Translations under genes and position numbers: made by a program
Shown: piece after piece, positions 34,345-42,840 of the stretch
How positions within the stretch are numbered: the stretch's first letter is position 1
Layout of the letters: every line of letters starts with the position of its first letter
Notes under the pieces: model-generated
The model's database searches: none
Seen by the model: the letters and a program-made list of their open reading frames with translations, nothing else
What the model was told of the DNA's origin: nothing
IMG/VR virus record: IMGVR_UViG_3300033997_000243
Span: 62,001-126,000 of that record
Reading direction: 5' to 3' (one strand)
DNA length: 64,000 nt

Positions 34345-37140
34345 ATGTTTCCACACATTCAAAAGAAAATAGATCGTTTGCAGTCTTTAGGTATGGTAGC
34401 CACTTGTTCAGTTGGTTGCGGTTCTACAAATGCACTGGTTGGCGGATCTACCTGCAAAATAGAGGGTATTCCAAAACTACATCACAGAGACAATTATATG
34501 TACTGTGAAGAAACTGGTGTTTACTACACTATTGATCGCAATTACATTGGAACCAAACCTGTGATTGCCGCATTACAATTGCTGGATGTTATTGAACCTG
34601 AATTGGCCTGTGCCGAAGATGTAGTCTGCTCTGTGGGTTATTCTCGCTTTTTAGAATCTTGGGTTCAATGGTCTATGCACGGACTTTCAATTCACAGATG
34701 CCGTGAAGATGCTGCCGAATTTAGTAAAATGATTGGCGATTTCAACATTAGTATCGAATCTGAGTTTAATGTTGACAAGTTATTTGCTCAGCGGTTTTTA
34801 ACCAGCCCAAGTATGACTCGTATTCTTGAAACCGTTGCCACTCGCTTGCAGAATCCAATAGCAACAGAAAAACATACTGTTGATCCTGAGCTAAAAGAAA
34901 TTTGCGATCAAGAAGAATCTACTCCAATGGAATTAAAACTTCAGGCGTTACGTGAACGTCGCGGTGAAACTCCTGAAGAATTTGAAAACCTTATTCGTGA
35001 TAACCTGCCAACTCCTGAGCAAAATGAAGTGTTTAAGGAAATGTTTGGCGATTTAGTTTCTTTGTTTGAACAAAAATCTGCACCACAACCTGTTCAAGTT
35101 CGTACTGTTGGTGGCCCATACCATTCTGACCACGGAAAGATAAGTGGCGAACACAAACAGCATAACGTAGATTCAAACAAAAGTGTGTTCAACAATCGTC
35201 GTCAAAGCGGTGATCATATACAGCATGGTGTACCGACTGACGCAAAACCAACTATTCCAACGAAGCCTCAAATGAATCGTTCAAAAATTAGTGGTGAGCA
35301 TATTCAACAAGGCCACCCAAATCCACCTACTCTTTATGTGACAAGTAGCGATTTGCGTTCACAAAGTTCTGACACTGTTCACGATTATACTTGGATGCGT
35401 TACAGTCCACCGAATGGGCGAAGCCGTCACTTCAATAATCACCATCGTCAGCACGAAATGTCTTTGGACATGAATGAAGTGTTTGGTTATCGTGCGATTC
35501 GTGGTGGTGAATTTTATGTTGTGTTTGAAGATAATCGCAACATAAAATTCAAATTAAGTGCGAAAGAAATGGAATCGGTTTTAAAAGTTTGTAAACCATT
35601 CCGTGGTAAAGTTGAAGGTCAGGTTATTCAACGTAAAGAAGTACCAATTCCAAAACTTTCTACTGATCGTCCATTGACACCAAAAGAAAAACAGAAACTT
35701 GCTGAGTTAGAAGCCGCTAAGAAAAAAGTGGAACCTAAGTTAAAGAATTCTGTTATCACTGGTGAGGGCAAAATTGATTTAAGTCGTGTATCTCAAGAAG
35801 AAGCTTTGAGCCGTGATACAACTTATGTTGGTTTCTTTCAATCTTCTGCATTTGCTGATGACTTTGATGTGTTCATGGATGATGATAAAGAAGATTTAGA
35901 AGATGAACTGCTTGACGCAATGCGCCGTACTAAAAATGGTATTCCAGTTTCTTATGTAATGAAGGTTAAAACAAGTTTACCTTGGGTACGCTCATTATTA
36001 GGTACTTCTGGAAAAATGCGTTTACATACTCAAGTTGCACAAAGAATTCTTGCTACACAAAAGCATGAAAAATTAGAAGCTGGAATAAACATAGAGCATT
36101 TTAAAGAACGTCCAGAGCAACCAAATTCAGGAAAGTTCAAACGCAAAGAACCTTTGTATTACGGCAACAGTTTTGCCGTGCTTTCTGAAGTTAAGCAAGC
36201 TATTCTGGCCGGACACTTTACTAAAGCTTTCCGAATCACGCAGATAACAGGTAAGTCGTCGATTAATATTGACAACAAGTTAGCTGCACAAGATCCTAGC
36301 TTTGGTATTGTATCTAATGATCCATCAAACGATGATTTCATGCTGGTACTTGCTGCTCAGAATGACAACCCGCTTTATCAACACGAAGCTGAAGAGATAC
36401 AAGGTCGGTTAGCCAGAGTTTATGGGCCAGCACTTAAATCTATTGTGAAGCATACTAAAACTTCACAAAATGGATCTGGTGTGTTGTTTGTTGTTATTAA
36501 ACTGAATCTTGCTCGTCGTCCTGATGTTGATATTGCGCGTAGCCGTAAGCTTCATAAACTTGTACAAAACATTCTTGAAAATAAACAAGGTGTTGCCAAG
36601 AAAAGTCTGGCTGAATCTGAGTTGTTAAAACTCAGTGAGCAAATGAGTGCCTTACGTAAGAATGCGGCTGCTGATGCAAGTATCTTAAAGGATAAGTTTG
36701 AAACACAACGCACTACCTTAAAGAACAGTATCATCCGTGCTAAAACTATTGCAAACCAACGTACAGTAAATCCAGCAGGTTCTGCTCGTGCTGCAAAAGA
36801 TTTAGTGCGTCATCAAACAGCTTTACAAAGTTTAGATCAGGAATATGAATTTGAACTGACTAATCTTGAGCGCAAAACAGAAGAAGCTGTTGCTAAAATT
36901 CAAAACAAAATCGATGCCATGACATCTGCTAAAGATTTCCGTTATAGCAGCGAATTAGTTTTGAATGTTCCTATCTATGCGATTAAAACAGGAACCGGCA
37001 CTTTTGTTTCGGTTGAAGCTGTTGACTATAGCATTCCAGATGGAACGATTGGTGTGCGTACTGTTCGTGGTAAAGATCGTACTATTACTCAAGTAAAAGA
37101 ACTTTACACATTTAACGGCCATTCTAAGGTTTTCCCTTAG
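34345..37140 (+). CDS. Large multidomain hypothetical (probable virion) protein, 931 aa
   Basis: His-rich repeats; domain shared with 18283 directly after RSQSS; C-terminal coiled coil. Confidence 0.8.
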   Translation: MFPHIQKKIDRLQSLGMVATCSVGCGSTNALVGGSTCKIEGIPKLHHRDNYMYCEETGVYYTIDRNYIGTKPVIAALQLLDVIEPELACAEDVVCSVGYSRFLESWVQWSMHGLSIHRCREDAAEFSKMIGDFNISIESEFNVDKLFAQRFLTSPSMTRILETVATRLQNPIATEKHTVDPELKEICDQEESTPMELKLQALRERRGETPEEFENLIRDNLPTPEQNEVFKEMFGDLVSLFEQKSAPQPVQVRTVGGPYHSDHGKISGEHKQHNVDSNKSVFNNRRQSGDHIQHGVPTDAKPTIPTKPQMNRSKISGEHIQQGHPNPPTLYVTSSDLRSQSSDTVHDYTWMRYSPPNGRSRHFNNHHRQHEMSLDMNEVFGYRAIRGGEFYVVFEDNRNIKFKLSAKEMESVLKVCKPFRGKVEGQVIQRKEVPIPKLSTDRPLTPKEKQKLAELEAAKKKVEPKLKNSVITGEGKIDLSRVSQEEALSRDTTYVGFFQSSAFADDFDVFMDDDKEDLEDELLDAMRRTKNGIPVSYVMKVKTSLPWVRSLLGTSGKMRLHTQVAQRILATQKHEKLEAGINIEHFKERPEQPNSGKFKRKEPLYYGNSFAVLSEVKQAILAGHFTKAFRITQITGKSSINIDNKLAAQDPSFGIVSNDPSNDDFMLVLAAQNDNPLYQHEAEEIQGRLARVYGPALKSIVKHTKTSQNGSGVLFVVIKLNLARRPDVDIARSRKLHKLVQNILENKQGVAKKSLAESELLKLSEQMSALRKNAAADASILKDKFETQRTTLKNSIIRAKTIANQRTVNPAGSARAAKDLVRHQTALQSLDQEYEFELTNLERKTEEAVAKIQNKIDAMTSAKDFRYSSELVLNVPIYAIKTGTGTFVSVEAVDYSIPDGTIGVRTVRGKDRTITQVKELYTFNGHSKVFP

Positions 37141-37148
37141 AAAAAGAA

Positions 37149-37174
37149 GGGGCAGGGAAACTTGCCCCAATTTT
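37149..37174 (+). terminator. Intrinsic terminator (GAAA loop)
   Basis: GGGGCAGG-GAAA-CTTGCCCC then AATTTT. Confidence 0.75.
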
Positions 37175-37189
37175 CGACCGGAGTTTTAT

Positions 37190-37966
37190 ATGCCAGAAAC
37201 TGCACTGCTTCAAATGTTCTTCGATAAAATAAATAATAACAGCATGACTCTACCTACTCTTCCAGATATTGCAATTAAAGTAATGGAAGTTACGGATAGA
37301 CAAGAAGTAAACGCGCAGTTGCTTGTTAGTGTGTTGATGCGAGATAGTGCATTATCTTTGCGACTTATTCGATTAGCAAACAGCGCTCATTTTAATAGAA
37401 GAGTTCCTGTGGAAACTGTACATCAAGCAGTTGTTCGCATAGGATTTACTCAAGTAAAAGCTTTGGTTGTTGCTATGGCTATGGAACAACTTTTTATTTC
37501 GGCTGATCCTTATATATCTAAAATACTGAAAAGTGTTTGGGATGACAGTGTGCGTATTACAGCATACGCGATAGCGCTATCTCAGGTTAGAAAGAATACC
37601 AAAATATTTGAACCTCTTATGTTGTTAGGGGTTACAAGTAGAATAGGGATGTTAGCCATTTTATGTGAAATGGAAAAATCTTTTAATCGTTCAATGTTCA
37701 AAGATTTAGATTTATCTAATCTACAGGTAATTGAAAAATCAGTTACTCTTAAGATTTTTGAAACATGGGATTTTCCAGAAGAATTGCGTACAGCCGTGAC
37801 GAACTATTTTCAAGGTAATGAAGTCGGAATAGCTGAGTACGTAATATTTTCCAGCTTGTATGGAGGCAAACCCAGTGCCGATTATACAAGCCAGCGTTAC
37901 GTGGCTCCAGATAAATTGCCTGAACTTGAAAAAATAGCTGCGGAAGTTAAAGCTATATTTGCTTAA
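37190..37966 (+). CDS. HDOD-domain protein (degenerate HD motif)
   Basis: LPTLPDIA.KV.........L...L.RD.AL..RL.RLANSA.F.....V.TV.QAV.RIG. Confidence 0.9.
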   Translation: MPETALLQMFFDKINNNSMTLPTLPDIAIKVMEVTDRQEVNAQLLVSVLMRDSALSLRLIRLANSAHFNRRVPVETVHQAVVRIGFTQVKALVVAMAMEQLFISADPYISKILKSVWDDSVRITAYAIALSQVRKNTKIFEPLMLLGVTSRIGMLAILCEMEKSFNRSMFKDLDLSNLQVIEKSVTLKIFETWDFPEELRTAVTNYFQGNEVGIAEYVIFSSLYGGKPSADYTSQRYVAPDKLPELEKIAAEVKAIFA

Positions 37967-37974
37967 GGAATTTT

Positions 37975-39642
37975 ATGATTATTTCAATTTCTGCTGTGAG
38001 TAAAAACTCTACAGAATCATTCATCAAACTTGTAGCCAGTTCAATAATGGTGTGTTTGATTGAAGAACCTTTGGGCGCTAAAGTTAAATCTAAGATCCGT
38101 AAGTGGAATTCAGACGCCGAAGAATTTTTGAAAAGATTTCGTATTCCAAGATCAACTTTCAATCCTATAGTAAATGGCTGCTTAAACGACAATGCCGATA
38201 TGGATTGGGATCTTGATGCTTTAATTCGTGTTCTGAAAGAACGTGAAAAAGCTGGTATGCTTACAAAAGAGTTGGATCTTACCAAAGACCATATTGATCT
38301 TTTGAAGTATATGATGGGTATTGTACTTCGTGGGAGTGACGCAAGTTTAAAAAATCTTACTCGTCATATTAGTAAACTTGGTGATCCTGATCTAACAGCT
38401 GTTTTCCTTCACGAAGATGCTGAGCAAAGTAACCAACAAGATTTAGTTGCAGAACTTAATAAATTCTGCCGTAAAATCTTCGGTAAGCCTGAAGCCGACT
38501 TAACTGTCGAAGATAAAAATTCGTTACGTGACAAAAAACCTGAACAGTATAAAGTTTTCCTGAAATTAATGCGGGACATTAACGAAGGGACAAAGCAAGC
38601 AACATTAAGCTTTGTCCGACAAAGTGGTGAAAAGCTTGTTAAGGCTACAGAGTTAGTTCGCTATCTAAAGCAGAACAAAATTCGCAGCAAAGTGCCTGAA
38701 GGATTCAATGGTTACGTTGATGAAAACGGTGCTTATTACAACACGAACAAAGTAAAACTTGATGGTGCTATAACAGGCCGCTTAGAAGCAAATCCTAAGT
38801 ACGATCCTGAATTGGATAACACTTACGTTTTCCTTCACTATCCACTGTTTGGTACTGGGCAGCCTCAACGTATTTACACAGTTGAGTATCGCAAAGAGAA
38901 GGCGGGTAAAAAGTTTAACACTGTTGATGCACTAATAAAAGATCTTCCGGCTGCCCGTAAAAAATGGTTGCATGAATTAAAGACAGGTCATTATGAAGAT
39001 GCTGACACTGTATCTGCTTTAATTCTTGAACTTATTTACGAAACCTCTGCTCGTATTGGTACTGCTGGTCAAAGTGGTCAAGGCATTAGCACGTTGGTAT
39101 GTAAAAACTATACTTCTCGTGGAACCGGATATTTCACATTGAATTATTTGGGCAAGAGTGGCGTTAAACAAATTCATAAAATACATACTAATAAGCCTGA
39201 AGGCAAAATGATGAAGGGGTTATTAGATAGTTTGGTTGAAGGTAAAAAGCCAAATGATTTAATAATGACTGCTCAATTCGGTCGTGCTGTTAAGCATGTG
39301 AATGGTACTTACGTAAATAAATATTTGCGTTCGTTAGGTGTAGATCAAAGCATTACACTTCACAAATTCCGACATGCCCGTGGAACCATTGTTGCAGGTG
39401 CTGTTCTTGATAAAGCTCCGGCTTTCCGTGGTAAATCTGAAGCCGAAATAAATAAATGGTTTATTGAGGCCATGAAAAAAGTTGGTGAAGAATTAGGTCA
39501 TGTTAACGGTGAAAAAGTAACTGCTACTACTGCAATTCAAAACTATATTGATCCAAACTTAATTAAAGAATGGTTCGAGAAAGTTGGTGCTCGTCCGAAC
39601 AGCACTATTCAAAAAGCAATCAACAAAGTAGCTAAGGATTAA
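37975..39642 (+). CDS. DNA topoisomerase IB-like tyrosine transesterase with N-terminal extension and leader
   Basis: ETSARIG (R), G.STL, YLGKSG (K), HKFRH (R), LGH (H), NYIDP (Tyr); starts MIISISAVS. Confidence 0.8.
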   Translation: MIISISAVSKNSTESFIKLVASSIMVCLIEEPLGAKVKSKIRKWNSDAEEFLKRFRIPRSTFNPIVNGCLNDNADMDWDLDALIRVLKEREKAGMLTKELDLTKDHIDLLKYMMGIVLRGSDASLKNLTRHISKLGDPDLTAVFLHEDAEQSNQQDLVAELNKFCRKIFGKPEADLTVEDKNSLRDKKPEQYKVFLKLMRDINEGTKQATLSFVRQSGEKLVKATELVRYLKQNKIRSKVPEGFNGYVDENGAYYNTNKVKLDGAITGRLEANPKYDPELDNTYVFLHYPLFGTGQPQRIYTVEYRKEKAGKKFNTVDALIKDLPAARKKWLHELKTGHYEDADTVSALILELIYETSARIGTAGQSGQGISTLVCKNYTSRGTGYFTLNYLGKSGVKQIHKIHTNKPEGKMMKGLLDSLVEGKKPNDLIMTAQFGRAVKHVNGTYVNKYLRSLGVDQSITLHKFRHARGTIVAGAVLDKAPAFRGKSEAEINKWFIEAMKKVGEELGHVNGEKVTATTAIQNYIDPNLIKEWFEKVGARPNSTIQKAINKVAKD

Positions 39643-39718
39643 CTACATAACATACAGGCTTTGGTAGAGGGACATACTGTAAGCTAATTGGACTTACTTT
39701 ATGATATTGAAAGGGAAT

Positions 39719-40201
39719 ATGTCCCCTACCAATGCAAACTCTATTGTATTGAAAAACACTTTAACTATTTCAGTCGCTACTGATCAGCCTATTCCTATTG
39801 TTTGGGGCGAGGTTGAAGGTCTACCAAATGCAAAACTTTTTACTCATGTTAAAGGTCGTGCTGAAGTAATTTCAAAGATGTCAGGTCGTGTTAAAATCGG
39901 CTTTAAGTTAAATTGTACGTTAACCGGATCTAACGGATCTCCTACAAATCGAGCCGATACAGTTGTTGCTTTTTTATCTATTAACGATATATCAGTTGAT
40001 AGATCTGTCTCTTACGGCTCTTTATATGAGGTAGGTGGAGGATTGACCTCTATTACTGCTGATATTGATAACTTAAGCATTAAACCTAATGATGTCATTA
40101 AACTTTATCTATACAGGTTAGCTAATAATGGAACAATAGTTATGCGTCCGAGCGAAGCATCTATCTCTATTGAACTTACCACGGTGAATCCAAATGGTTA
40201 A
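39719..40201 (+). CDS. Small beta-sandwich structural protein (C1q/BclA-like?)
   Basis: IPIVW...SGRVKIGFKL...IKPNDVIKLYL pattern; SD AAGGG before ATG 39719. Confidence 0.45.
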   Translation: MSPTNANSIVLKNTLTISVATDQPIPIVWGEVEGLPNAKLFTHVKGRAEVISKMSGRVKIGFKLNCTLTGSNGSPTNRADTVVAFLSINDISVDRSVSYGSLYEVGGGLTSITADIDNLSIKPNDVIKLYLYRLANNGTIVMRPSEASISIELTTVNPNG

Positions 40202-40844
40202 AATGACATTCAAGGTGAAAATAAATCCAAACTTAGCGGGAGCCAACTTAGATGGGAGGCCACCGCTTCCAAGTTACGTCGAAGCAATATCTTGGTACTA
40301 TCCTTCATTAAAAGTTTATTCTTATGGCGATGAATACTCAGATATTGTTTGGCCAAATTCTTACGAAAAAGTTTCTAAACCTGCACTTGATAACATAAGA
40401 CTTCAATATGCAAAATATCTGTACATTGAAAGAAGTTTTGAGCAAGCAAATAAAGTGCAGGAAGCCGCAACTGGTTATCATACTGTATCAAAAACAACAA
40501 CTCAAATTCAAACTGATGTATATCGTATGAAGTATGATGATGCACTTGCATACGTCACTTCTTACGAAGCAGCTGAAAATAAAGATAATGTTGAAGTTCC
40601 TCAGCTTCTAGTAAATGAAAGTCAATTGGTAGGTCAAAATCCCTACGAATTAGCATTAGGTATCATAAAGAATTTTAACGGATCTGATTTAAGTTTAAGA
40701 TCTTATTTCGGAACCATTGAAGGAATACGTAGGTTGTTAAAAAAGCGTATTCTTGAAGTAGATTCTTTATCTGCATTGGAAAGTATGCCTTGGGTAACAT
40801 GGCCTAATTATGTCCCATCTACTGAAGTGGATTTGGAAGCTTAG
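40194..40844 (+). CDS. Tail fibre assembly-like protein
   Basis: Y..KY..A..Y......P.LL..E....G.....LA..I.......IEG.RR..KK.I pattern typical of phage fibre chaperones. Confidence 0.5.
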   Translation: MVKMTFKVKINPNLAGANLDGRPPLPSYVEAISWYYPSLKVYSYGDEYSDIVWPNSYEKVSKPALDNIRLQYAKYLYIERSFEQANKVQEAATGYHTVSKTTTQIQTDVYRMKYDDALAYVTSYEAAENKDNVEVPQLLVNESQLVGQNPYELALGIIKNFNGSDLSLRSYFGTIEGIRRLLKKRILEVDSLSALESMPWVTWPNYVPSTEVDLEA

Positions 40845-40846
40845 TC

Positions 40847-41341
40847 ATGAAAATTTTAATCAGTTTGTCTGGCGAGAAATTTTATCGTGGAATAAATGGT
40901 AAATTTTCTACTGACTACCAAAACAAAAGCCATATAATTTGGGTCACATTAAATGCCAAATATGCTTTGCAGTATGGCGATCATTTAATGGAATATGACA
41001 TAAACTTAGGCCAAGGATTTAATTTTGGCTTTCGTACACTTGATGCTCAAGTGACCTTTAGTGAAATCATTTCCAGAATAAAGCAAGGTATCCTAGATTC
41101 CTATAAAAAATTTAACCTTGTATCAAAAGATAAAGCGCTGACACTGTACAATGAGTTAAATTCATTAAATCATGGTGGCCATAAAAAAGTTTGGGAGTGG
41201 TATCAGACTGAGCCAAAACTTGCTGAATTGTTATTGAAGTCTGGATACACTCATATAGATGCACTTGAAGGAAAATACAACGACATAAGAACTGTTGGTA
41301 TTCTTAAAAAGAGCATTATAAAGGGAAACAAATCATTATGA
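40847..41341 (+). CDS. ADP-ribosyltransferase-fold (ART-PolyVal-like) protein with shared leader
   Basis: MKILISLSG leader; FYRG, W.T.N..YA.QYG.....Y.I, L.K.GY..I. Confidence 0.55.
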   Translation: MKILISLSGEKFYRGINGKFSTDYQNKSHIIWVTLNAKYALQYGDHLMEYDINLGQGFNFGFRTLDAQVTFSEIISRIKQGILDSYKKFNLVSKDKALTLYNELNSLNHGGHKKVWEWYQTEPKLAELLLKSGYTHIDALEGKYNDIRTVGILKKSIIKGNKSL

Positions 41342-41601
41342 AAAAGAAGCAACTTTTGCTATCGGAATCCGCTAATGCAAAACAAATAGCTGCACTAACT
41401 ACAACAGCTCCTGAAACACTGCAACTTATAAATGATGCGATTAAGGCAAGTGATAAAAAATTACGCGCTCTTAAGAGTCGAGGCACACAAGCCAGTGAAA
41501 TAATGGCTCATGAAATTGTTGGAAGGATTGATGCACTTAAGATAGTCAAAGAATCTTTGTTGGGTAACAGTGTAGATCTTAAGATGCTTACAAAACAATA
41601 A
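41338..41601 (+). CDS. Small helical protein with leader variant
   Basis: Starts MKKKQLLLSESA. Confidence 0.7.
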   Translation: MKKKQLLLSESANAKQIAALTTTAPETLQLINDAIKASDKKLRALKSRGTQASEIMAHEIVGRIDALKIVKESLLGNSVDLKMLTKQ

Positions 41602-41615
41602 GGCTGGAGTATAAG

Positions 41616-42053
41616 ATGGCTCGAATACAATACGGTATTAGTGATTCTTTTAACGGGTTTCGTGCCAGAAATTTCGTTCTGGACATGCCAAGTTCAACAA
41701 AAGGCATGTTTGAATCTTATGCAAGATCTGTTGCTGAATTCTACTATGATGACGAAATGCTTAAGGTTGAACAACAGGCTAAAAAAGAAGTAATTCGTCG
41801 ATACAGATTGGATGATGAAAGCATATTACTTCAAGACATCGATGACACTATCGCTGGATTGATAGCCGGATTGAATGTAAGTAAAACAAATATGCAAGTT
41901 GCTTTAGCGAGCATTAAAGCAAAAATTGGTGAATACAATCACTTTAATTATATAGGTGTTGAATATCTTGTAGATCGTGGTCTATTCACTAAAAACGGTG
42001 ACGGTTACAAATTTCAATACAGATACAAAACAGCATTCATTGAGTTTATCTGA
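41616..42053 (+). CDS. Hypothetical protein, paralog of 42068
   Basis: SD GGAG; aligns with the next ORF. Confidence 0.7.
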   Translation: MARIQYGISDSFNGFRARNFVLDMPSSTKGMFESYARSVAEFYYDDEMLKVEQQAKKEVIRRYRLDDESILLQDIDDTIAGLIAGLNVSKTNMQVALASIKAKIGEYNHFNYIGVEYLVDRGLFTKNGDGYKFQYRYKTAFIEFI

Positions 42054-42067
42054 GCAGAGGAACAAAC

Positions 42068-42523
42068 ATGGCTATAACAACTGCTCGTGATGTAGTTAAC
42101 GAAAACAATGGAAAGGCACAGCGATACGATGCAATTGAACTTTCCGAAAGCGATAAGCCTAGATTGCAGAGATTTATCGATGCTGAGGCTAAACGCTGGT
42201 ACACGGATTTCAGAACAGATGAATTAGGAAGAATTAACAGAGAACTTAGAGATAAGTTTGGACTGCCTGGTGATGAAGGGCTGCGTCTTTCAATATCAAA
42301 TAGAATAGAATCACTTAATATAAATCAAACGGCAGCAAACCAGAACAACGTAATAGCCTTATCTGATTTACGTGAATATTTACGAAATGTCATTGATGGC
42401 GAGGAAGATGATCCACGTTACGCGAGAATTCGAGATTTAATCGATAACGGTAAAATAACTAAACGTAATAAAAGATTCTTCCTTGAAGGTGAGGGCAAAC
42501 GCATGACGTTTGTATTCATATGA
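42068..42523 (+). CDS. Hypothetical protein, paralog of 41616
   Basis: SD GAGG; internal ELSESD. Confidence 0.7.
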   Translation: MAITTARDVVNENNGKAQRYDAIELSESDKPRLQRFIDAEAKRWYTDFRTDELGRINRELRDKFGLPGDEGLRLSISNRIESLNINQTAANQNNVIALSDLREYLRNVIDGEEDDPRYARIRDLIDNGKITKRNKRFFLEGEGKRMTFVFI

Positions 42524-42840
42524 AAATAAATTTTAAAAATGTCCCATCAGTTGCCATTGATTCTAGGTTTCAAAAAGTATTTAATGCTTATAACAAAGAA
42601 ACTCGTGAATACATGCACTATCTACATAGCGTTGCCGAGAATCCAAGTCTACAGCACGAAAGACCTGCTATAAATACCAACAGGCTTCACAGAATAAGTG
42701 AACTTATTAAGGCAGAACTTAGTAAACGTATTAACATGGATGGTCTTGATTTTTACGAAAACTACGTATGCCGTTTTGATGGAAACAAAAACGCTTTTGT
42801 TCAACCAATTTATAGAATTGTTTTTAAGGACATGAAATGA
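42520..42840 (+). CDS. Hypothetical protein
   Basis: ATGA coupling on both sides. Confidence 0.65.
   Translation: MKINFKNVPSVAIDSRFQKVFNAYNKETREYMHYLHSVAENPSLQHERPAINTNRLHRISELIKAELSKRINMDGLDFYENYVCRFDGNKNAFVQPIYRIVFKDMK

Noticed and set aside
1210-36734. Short minus-strand ORFs inside the + arm (e.g. 1210, 3390, 4737, 7380, 22159, 29188, 30092, 36159)
   Set aside because: Fully overlap longer, better-supported + strand genes; no SD or motif
37975-39642. Integrase indicating a temperate lifestyle or mobile element
   Set aside because: GKSG and YIDP motifs are TopIB-like; no att-like repeats, repressor or element boundaries seen
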